From Desulfobacterales bacterium (GTDB lineage: Bacteria; Desulfobacterota; Desulfobacteria; Desulfobacterales; JASJAZ01), in assembly GCA_030066785.1 (NCBI GenBank), contig JASJAZ010000050.1, forward strand, positions 1-21,380: a stretch of DNA of 21,380 bases. The letters are read 5' to 3'. Below the pieces are notes generated by a model. That model made no database searches, was not told where the DNA came from, and saw only the letters and a list, made by a program, of their open reading frames with translations. Shown here piece after piece: positions 15,102 through 21,380 of this stretch (position 1 is the first letter of the stretch; each line of letters starts with the position of its first letter). The position numbers and the translations under genes were made by a program.

Positions 15102-16728
15102 CAACCAACTGAATGATGTGCCAGTAGCTGCGGTGCAATCCCGCAAGCGTAACATTTCCATTGTTTGGATCGTTCCCGTGGTGGCGGCATTGATTGGTGC
15201 CTGGCTGGTTTACAAGGCATTTTCTGAAAAAGGACCGACGATTACCATCACCTTTGAATCGGCTGCGGGTCTCGAGGCTGAAAAAACGAAAATCAAATAT
15301 AAGGATGTTGACGTCGGCCAGGTAGTAGCCATCAACATCAGTCCGGATCTAAAAAACGTAGTGGTCACGGCGGAGCTCACCAAAGAAGCCAAGCCTTTCC
15401 TGACAGAAAAAGCCCGCTTCTGGGTGGTGCGTGCCCGCGTGGGCGCGGGGGAAATATCCGGTTTAGGAACACTCTTTTCAGGGGCCTATATCGGCATGGA
15501 TCCGGGCCTATCGGGCAAATCCCAAAGGCATTTTAATGGCTTGGAGATTCCCCCTATCGTAACCACGGGTCAACCCGGTAAGCACTTTGAGTTGCGCGCC
15601 TCACAGTTGGGATCTTTGGATGTTGGCTCTTTGGTATTTTACAGACAGATTCAAGTGGGCCGTGTTGTTGAATACAAACTTCAAAAAGATGGCCAGGCGG
15701 TAAGTATTAAGATATTTATTCGTGCGCCTTATGATCGCTTGGTGAAAAAAAGCACCCGGTTTTGGAACGCCAGCGGTCTGGATGTATCTGTCAGTGCTGA
15801 AGGTATCAAGGTTGACACGGAATCTTTTGTGACCATGATGGCGGGCGGCATCGCCTTTGACACACCGATTGATGTTGAATCCAACGGATCAGCCCAGGAA
15901 GGCGAGGTGTTTAAGCTCTATAAAAACCGAGAACAAATATTCGAAAAAACATATGTACATAAAAGGACATGGCTTTTGTTTTTCGATGGATCGGTCAGAG
16001 GTCTTACCGAAGGTGCACCGGTGGAATTTCGGGGGATTCGCATCGGACAAGTGAAAGACGTCACCCTGGAATATATTACCGAAGAAAAAGCCATGCGCAT
16101 TCCAGTGATAATTGAAACCGAAAGGGAAAGAGTGAAAATCATTGGCAGCTTGCCCTCGGAAAGCGAAAACGAAGAGGTGATGGACTATTTTGTGGCCCAA
16201 GGGTTACGGGCCCAATTAAAAATGGGGAATATAGTCACCGGGCAACTGCTGGTAGATATGGATTTTCATCCGGATGCGCCGCCAGCTAAAATTATCCGCG
16301 AGGGCCGGTATCCCCAACTTCCAACCATCCCGACACCCGTGGCCGAAATCACTGCCCGGCTGTCCGATATTCTTAAAAAGGTTGACCAATTTCCCATTGA
16401 ACAAATTGGCAAGGATCTGGGGGGCGCTATCAAAGGTGTAAATCGGCTCGTAAATTCCAAAGATCTAAATCAAGCGGTGGCCAAATTAAATCAGACCATA
16501 CAGGAAACCCAGCTATTGATGAAAAATCTTAATTCGAATCTGGCACCGGAATTACAAAAAACAGTTGCTGATGTGAGTGGCGTTGTGAATCCGGATTCAC
16601 CGTTAATTCGTGAGCTTAATCGATTGCTGACCGAGATGGCTGAAGCCGCCAAATCCATCAGGTTAATGACCGATTATTTGGAGCGACACCCGGAAGCGCT
16701 GATTTATGGAAAGGGGAACAAACCATGA
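15079..16728 (+). CDS. pqiB: Paraquat-inducible protein B (MCE-domain transporter subunit)
   Basis: The ORF is co-linear with E. coli PqiB (WVVRARVGAGEISGLGTLFSGAYIGMDPG, FIRAPYDRLV, APVEFRGIRIGQV). AAGGAG lies 9 nt upstream of the ATG at 15079, and the ORF is open from 15061. Confidence 0.85.
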   Translation: MEESNTPDNQLNDVPVAAVQSRKRNISIVWIVPVVAALIGAWLVYKAFSEKGPTITITFESAAGLEAEKTKIKYKDVDVGQVVAINISPDLKNVVVTAELTKEAKPFLTEKARFWVVRARVGAGEISGLGTLFSGAYIGMDPGLSGKSQRHFNGLEIPPIVTTGQPGKHFELRASQLGSLDVGSLVFYRQIQVGRVVEYKLQKDGQAVSIKIFIRAPYDRLVKKSTRFWNASGLDVSVSAEGIKVDTESFVTMMAGGIAFDTPIDVESNGSAQEGEVFKLYKNREQIFEKTYVHKRTWLLFFDGSVRGLTEGAPVEFRGIRIGQVKDVTLEYITEEKAMRIPVIIETERERVKIIGSLPSESENEEVMDYFVAQGLRAQLKMGNIVTGQLLVDMDFHPDAPPAKIIREGRYPQLPTIPTPVAEITARLSDILKKVDQFPIEQIGKDLGGAIKGVNRLVNSKDLNQAVAKLNQTIQETQLLMKNLNSNLAPELQKTVADVSGVVNPDSPLIRELNRLLTEMAEAAKSIRLMTDYLERHPEALIYGKGNKP

Positions 16729-17351
16729 TAACGTTGAAACGTTACCAATATTTAGGATGGATCCTGGTCCTATCGATAATCTTCTTTAGTGGATGCGGCG
16801 GCAAAAGTCCTCGGGCTAAATTTTACACATTAAGCGCCATTAGTTCATCAGAACCGGTAGATCTAGTGGGCAATATTTCTGAAGGCATTGCCGTGGGTAT
16901 CGGGCCGGTAAAACTGCCCCGACATATTGACAGACCACAGATTGTTACCCGATCGGGACCGCATAGACTTGTAGTGGATGAATTCAACCGCTGGGCGGGC
17001 TCATTGAACCAAGACATTTTGCAGGTTTTAACGGAAAATTTATCAATCCTATTAGCATCAGATCGCGTCGCTGCCTACCCCTGGGAAAAGTTCTTTGACC
17101 CACAGTATCGCGTTTTTCTTGAAATTAATCAATTTGAGGGGGTACGGGGCGATTACGTCGTGCTTAAGATGACCTGGACCATTACAGGCAAGGAATCCAA
17201 TCAAACATTATTTACCCAAAAAACAGAGATAAAGGAAACAATGTCCGGGAGTGATATTGACACACTTGTAGAAACAAAGAGTATGATCTTGGCCAAACTG
17301 AGCCGCAAAATCGCCGAGCAGATAATAATCCTGCATAAGGATGGGAAGTAG
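16725..17351 (+). CDS. pqiC: PqiC/YmbA-like lipoprotein (DUF330)
   Basis: Lipobox FSGC is present, together with NRWAGSLNQDILQVLTENLS and INQFEG, which parallel E. coli PqiC. The start codon overlaps the pqiB stop codon. Confidence 0.75.
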   Translation: MITLKRYQYLGWILVLSIIFFSGCGGKSPRAKFYTLSAISSSEPVDLVGNISEGIAVGIGPVKLPRHIDRPQIVTRSGPHRLVVDEFNRWAGSLNQDILQVLTENLSILLASDRVAAYPWEKFFDPQYRVFLEINQFEGVRGDYVVLKMTWTITGKESNQTLFTQKTEIKETMSGSDIDTLVETKSMILAKLSRKIAEQIIILHKDGK

Positions 17352-17597
17352 GGGCATCTACCAAACAGATATGCTAATTGAGAAAATGCCCTCTGAGGTT
17401 GACATTATACTCTCACACGCTCACACCCGTGGCTCTTATTTGAACGAATCCATCTTAGCCTGAGCACTCTCCTACGGATGCAAAACCTTAGCCCTGCTCT
17501 AACATTGATAGTCAGGTTTGTTCAGATGCCATTTTGGCAAATCTCATTTTATAACGCTTTTAATTACGAATTGGCCTGCGACACTCCACATGCCAAA

Positions 17598-18596
17598 TCA
17601 ATCACGAATATTATTTGATTGAGAAACATCTCTTTCCGCTTTCAACATTTTTCTTCTTTTCTTTTTCTCCGCTTTATAACGTTTTCTCGCAGCAAAATAT
17701 TCCGGATATAGGTCTGGATAAAATGCTTTCCACCGCTTTTGCATCCAATGCCATTGATCCGGATTACGCCGAATGGTTTGCTCAATGATATTGGTCATAG
17801 TTTGGGTATTGGCCTGCAGATCTGCACGCAGATTATTGGTTCGCGCGATGGGCACTGGGTACTTGAAACGCGATATGAGTCTGCCATCCGGCTGCCGATA
17901 GCAGAAATTGGGAATAACGGGACTTTTGCAGCGCAGCGCCAACAGTGCTGCCGCCGGCGTAGCGGTGGCCCTGTGTCCTAAGAATTTGACGGGGACACCC
18001 TGTTTTTGACGAGTCATATCTATCATCAGTGCAACAATTCCATTTTGTCGTAGTGTTTTAGTTAAAACATCCATGGCGCCTTTTTTATGAATGAATCGGT
18101 TGCCAAACCGCGTTCGAAAGCCGTGAATCCACCGGTCCATAAATTCGTATTCAAAGCTCTGAACAACACCCAATATGGTTCGGTTAAAATATAAGGGGTA
18201 GAGCTGGAGAGCCGATTCCCAGTTCCCAAAATGTGCTGAGATGATAATTAGGCCGCGCTTTTGTTCCAACGCCCTGAGAACATGTTCGTCGCCCTCAAGC
18301 AAAATGCTTTTGAGGATTTCATCGCGGGCACGCCATTTCATTTGAAGCATTTCGAAAAATGTTATCCCGAAGTTACCGAACACTTTTTTTGCAAATTTGT
18401 GAATTTTAGCTGTGGACCAATCAGGGTGAACGAACTGCAGATTGCGGATGGCAACATTTCGATGGCGGTGGCTCAAATAATACATTAGACCGCCCGCCAA
18501 TCGCCCCAAAATTAAAATGTGTTTTTTATGCAAGCGTGCCATGGTGGAGGCTAGCCGGCCGTGAGGTAATGTCGAAGGCGTTTGATCAATTTGCAA
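17598..18596 (-). CDS. Lipid A biosynthesis (Kdo2-lipid IVA) acyltransferase, LpxL/HtrB/MsbB family
   Basis: The HFGNWE motif (HX4D/E) sits in the LpxL-family context, with overall co-linearity to LpxL. The start is uncertain (M1 or M19). Confidence 0.7.
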   Translation of the reverse strand: MQIDQTPSTLPHGRLASTMARLHKKHILILGRLAGGLMYYLSHRHRNVAIRNLQFVHPDWSTAKIHKFAKKVFGNFGITFFEMLQMKWRARDEILKSILLEGDEHVLRALEQKRGLIIISAHFGNWESALQLYPLYFNRTILGVVQSFEYEFMDRWIHGFRTRFGNRFIHKKGAMDVLTKTLRQNGIVALMIDMTRQKQGVPVKFLGHRATATPAAALLALRCKSPVIPNFCYRQPDGRLISRFKYPVPIARTNNLRADLQANTQTMTNIIEQTIRRNPDQWHWMQKRWKAFYPDLYPEYFAARKRYKAEKKKRRKMLKAERDVSQSNNIRD

Positions 18597-18736
18597 TTAA
18601 TTTGTTTTCCTTACAATACTTTTTCTAAATGTCCAGAATTGTCCAATATTTTAGGCCGGATCCGAATATGAGCGTCAGCCGGCTGAAATCACTGCTCGTT
18701 CACTTCGCCATTCACCCAATAATACGCTCCAAATTA

Positions 18737-19636
18737 TTACTTATCTAGGAGCTCATAGGTCCTTTTGACGGCATAACGTTTCGGCAGATATTTGAGCAGT
18801 TTATGTTTTCGAAGTTGTTTCTTTTCTTTGGGACTTAATTTGGTACGCCATTTTGGTGAGGCCAAATCGATTGATATCGGATGCTGCTGGATTAATTTTT
18901 CCATCACCTTGGGATGACTGCCCGTGTATTCACTCACCAATTGCCGGGGGTAATACTGGTAGAAATCCACCTCCTTGTCAGGCATCCGTTCTTCTTCCCA
19001 ATATTGGCGAATTGTTTGAATTTTTTCCTCCAACCCCGATTGCGTTTTTAAACCGTGATAATGAAAAAGCCGCGCCTCTGTTTCGATGGCACGCAACCAA
19101 CGACCTTTTTCTTTATATTTTTTATGAACTGTGAATCTGGAAGCATCTTTGGCGCATAGAACAAAATGGTGCGGCTTTATAATCCAGCACCGTCGTCGTT
19201 CCCATTTGGGGTAAACGCTAAGAATGGTTTTATAGTCTCCCCAGAAGTTTATTTGCTTTAAAACCAAACCATCGACGCGTTTATCATTTTTATACTTTTC
19301 TACATAATCCATGATGAGCGTATGATCATCTTCATGAACGACTTCATCGGCCTGCAAGTAAAAGGCCCATTTACCCCGGCAATTAAACAGCGCAATATTG
19401 GCTTGTTGGGTATACACATAGCATCCGCTATCCAGATGAGGATTCCACTGGCTGTGAAGTATTTTAATCTTAGGGTTTTTTAGGGATTTGATCAGATCTG
19501 TGGTGCCATCCTGATCGGGCAAACCAATATTTATGATAAATTCATCCACAATCGGCAATATTGATGAGATGCTCTCTAAAATAGGATACTCGCATTTGAC
19601 AGCATCACGTATAAATGTAAAACCAGATAGTAACAT
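18737..19636 (-). CDS. Putative GT-A fold glycosyltransferase (family uncertain)
   Basis: The N-terminus (FTFIRDAVKCEYPILESI...IINIG) resembles a Rossmann-like glycosyltransferase N-terminus, and an acidic QADEV motif follows. GAGGAG lies 7 nt upstream of the ATG at 19636. Confidence 0.4.
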   Translation of the reverse strand: MLLSGFTFIRDAVKCEYPILESISSILPIVDEFIINIGLPDQDGTTDLIKSLKNPKIKILHSQWNPHLDSGCYVYTQQANIALFNCRGKWAFYLQADEVVHEDDHTLIMDYVEKYKNDKRVDGLVLKQINFWGDYKTILSVYPKWERRRCWIIKPHHFVLCAKDASRFTVHKKYKEKGRWLRAIETEARLFHYHGLKTQSGLEEKIQTIRQYWEEERMPDKEVDFYQYYPRQLVSEYTGSHPKVMEKLIQQHPISIDLASPKWRTKLSPKEKKQLRKHKLLKYLPKRYAVKRTYELLDK

Positions 19637-19688
19637 AGTTTTACTCCTCAATGATTATCAGGTGTTTCTAACACAGCCGATTCATTCC

Positions 19689-20864
19689 TTAAAACGGTGC
19701 TATACCTGCCAACTCAATTGTCTTCTTAAGATCTTGCCAATCAACAATATAATTCGCAGGGGTCAACTTATCAGGGTTACCGGTTTTTCCTTTTACAAAA
19801 TAGTAGTCACAATCCAACGCGGTACAAAGCCGGTAATACAGGTCGATGTTGGCGGCAGGAAAAAGTTCGATAACAACCGTTCCCGGAGAACTAAAGACTA
19901 AATTTGCCAATCCGGCCCCATGCGGAGCAACCACAACCTGAACATCACTAAAGAGGCGCACTTGTTCAGGAAGGTGCAATTTTTCAATCTCGATTGACTT
20001 AATGCCGTAAGTTTTTAACTTCGCAATAATTTCATCTTCATTGTTCGGACGCCGCGTCGGCGTAGACCGCCTGGAGATATATATACGTTTGGCCGAGTGG
20101 GGAGCGGAACCAGATCGTTTGGGTAAAAACGCATCCCGCAAGAATCGAATCGCCCAGGCAGGAAATTCTCGCCCTTTCATGATTTGGTGGCAAGGTACAA
20201 TAAGTTTTTTCGCAGACAGAAGGGCCACATCTTCAGTATTTATAATTCGCTGCAACCGTATTCCCAGTAATTTAAGAGATTCCTTTTGGAAACGGTGCTT
20301 GTGTTCAATATAGATCAAGGTCTCTTCGTCTGCTAAACCATTTAGCATCCCGATCCTTGGCAAAACATCAAATAGCCAATGAAAATAGAGCTTTTGCGTG
20401 GAGGCCGTCAAAACGACAACATTCTGATTATAGTAATAGAGTTTAGGAAACAAAGTGTGTGGCTGTATCTGTCTGCCGCGAGTTAGCCACCCAGGATAAC
20501 GTTGCCCCTCACGGTGTTTATGGGTAACTCCGTCTATCAGCCTGCCGTTTTTATCAAAAATATAACCGTAGCATGACGCAATTCCCTTTTCAATCTGAAC
20601 CGTGTGACCCATCACCTCATCAATGGCTTGCGATGCCGTCCAATGCGCGGAATTCCCGGCACAACGAGGTTTCGGCCCTTTAAAAAAATCAGGTTTTTTC
20701 AACGGTAGATGATTGAAGTGTTTGTATGAAATCGGTTGATATTTCATCAATCCCGTCCAGCGTAAAAAGCGCAGCGGGTGCCGCAAAATACCGCCGCACA
20801 CTGATGATCGGGTCTTTAACGGTGGCTGAGGATGATAATTAGAATTTTCGGACCTTTTGAGCAT
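19689..20864 (-). CDS. DUF563 / GT61-family glycosyltransferase
   Basis: The C-terminal VVVAPHGAGLANLVF motif is characteristic of DUF563/GT61 enzymes. The start is uncertain. Confidence 0.55.
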   Translation of the reverse strand: MLKRSENSNYHPQPPLKTRSSVCGGILRHPLRFLRWTGLMKYQPISYKHFNHLPLKKPDFFKGPKPRCAGNSAHWTASQAIDEVMGHTVQIEKGIASCYGYIFDKNGRLIDGVTHKHREGQRYPGWLTRGRQIQPHTLFPKLYYYNQNVVVLTASTQKLYFHWLFDVLPRIGMLNGLADEETLIYIEHKHRFQKESLKLLGIRLQRIINTEDVALLSAKKLIVPCHQIMKGREFPAWAIRFLRDAFLPKRSGSAPHSAKRIYISRRSTPTRRPNNEDEIIAKLKTYGIKSIEIEKLHLPEQVRLFSDVQVVVAPHGAGLANLVFSSPGTVVIELFPAANIDLYYRLCTALDCDYYFVKGKTGNPDKLTPANYIVDWQDLKKTIELAGIAPF

Positions 20865-20920
20865 ATAATTGATGATGTTATTTCTTCAAATTAAGCCGAT
20901 GCCGCTTGCAAAGACTGCTG

Positions 20921-21380
20921 CTACCCAATATTGCCGGCAGCTATGTTGTAGCACGCGCCGAAGGGAAACATGTTGCAATCAGAGCGGGGTAATGCTTGTT
21001 TTCTATCCGAAAGATCATGGCAATCAATATCTCTGGCCTCGACATTAAATGCAAAGTCACAATTGTTTTGTTCTAAAATGCACTCAGTTTCGTGGTTGAA
21101 TGTATGAAATCCGCCATAGGGATAACAAAATGTTCTTAGGTCAAGCTCACCAACACTTTTTATAAAGTTGAAATAGGCAACGATCTCCTTTTCCTGTTCT
21201 TGGGATGAAAGCTTGCTTAGGACAAGATGATTAAGCGTATGGCTGCCGATCATCATTCCGGCTTCACACATTTCCTTTATTTCATTTTTTGACAGGTAAA
21301 ACTCGCTTAGGAGTTTTTCTTCATCCGGAAAAAATTTTTTCATCAATTTGTCAATGAAACCTTCGCAGTGCTCATAGCTG
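20921..21380 (-). CDS. Polysaccharide deacetylase (NodB-like), C-terminal part; the gene continues past the window end
   Basis: GSHTLNHLVLSKL...YPYGG are NodB-domain motifs. The frame stays open to the window edge. Confidence 0.55.
   Translation of the reverse strand, partial: SYEHCEGFIDKLMKKFFPDEEKLLSEFYLSKNEIKEMCEAGMMIGSHTLNHLVLSKLSSQEQEKEIVAYFNFIKSVGELDLRTFCYPYGGFHTFNHETECILEQNNCDFAFNVEARDIDCHDLSDRKQALPRSDCNMFPFGACYNIAAGNIG

Noticed and set aside
17352-17597. A search for convergent terminators between pqiC and the LpxL-family gene
   Set aside because: It found only weak 4-6-bp stems with large loops and no U-tracts; nothing convincing.
1-21380. A scan for CRISPR arrays, IS elements, integrases, or toxin-antitoxin or defence-island signatures
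   Set aside because: There are no regularly spaced direct repeats and no transposase- or integrase-like ORFs. The GC content and coding density look like ordinary chromosome apart from the rtc locus.

Overview
This is a chromosomal window from a Gram-negative, probably proteobacterial, genome; the pqiABC and LpxL-family genes imply an outer membrane. I found no CRISPR array, transposase, integrase or IS ends. The left ~5 kb is an rtc RNA-repair locus with an unusual layout. rtcR (sigma54 activator with a CARF domain and a GAFTGA motif, + strand) diverges from a minus-strand operon. A near-consensus sigma54 promoter, with two 20-bp direct repeats at enhancer position, drives in order: a ~74-nt tRNA-like element, a ~440-nt structured leader, a cytoplasmic SPFH/band-7 protein with an internally triplicated N-terminal module, rtcA, and rtcB. 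The tRNA-like element has intact D, anticodon and T arms but a decayed acceptor stem. rtcB is translationally coupled to rtcA and runs off the window. The heptamer TTATCCG occurs five times within 450 bp spanning the enhancer repeats and the transcribed leader. The remaining genes are a GntR/HutC regulator with a tartrate/D-malate dehydrogenase-family enzyme, pyruvate kinase, a small KH protein, a class A PBP, a TPR lipoprotein, an ICMT-family membrane methyltransferase, and pqiA (two overlapping ORFs in different frames), pqiB and pqiC. A minus-strand envelope cluster follows: a polysaccharide deacetylase fragment, a GT61/DUF563 glycosyltransferase, a second glycosyltransferase and an LpxL-family acyltransferase. 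I also flag an orphan terminator with a promoter-like element (candidate sRNA) downstream of the TPR gene and several unexplained hairpins.
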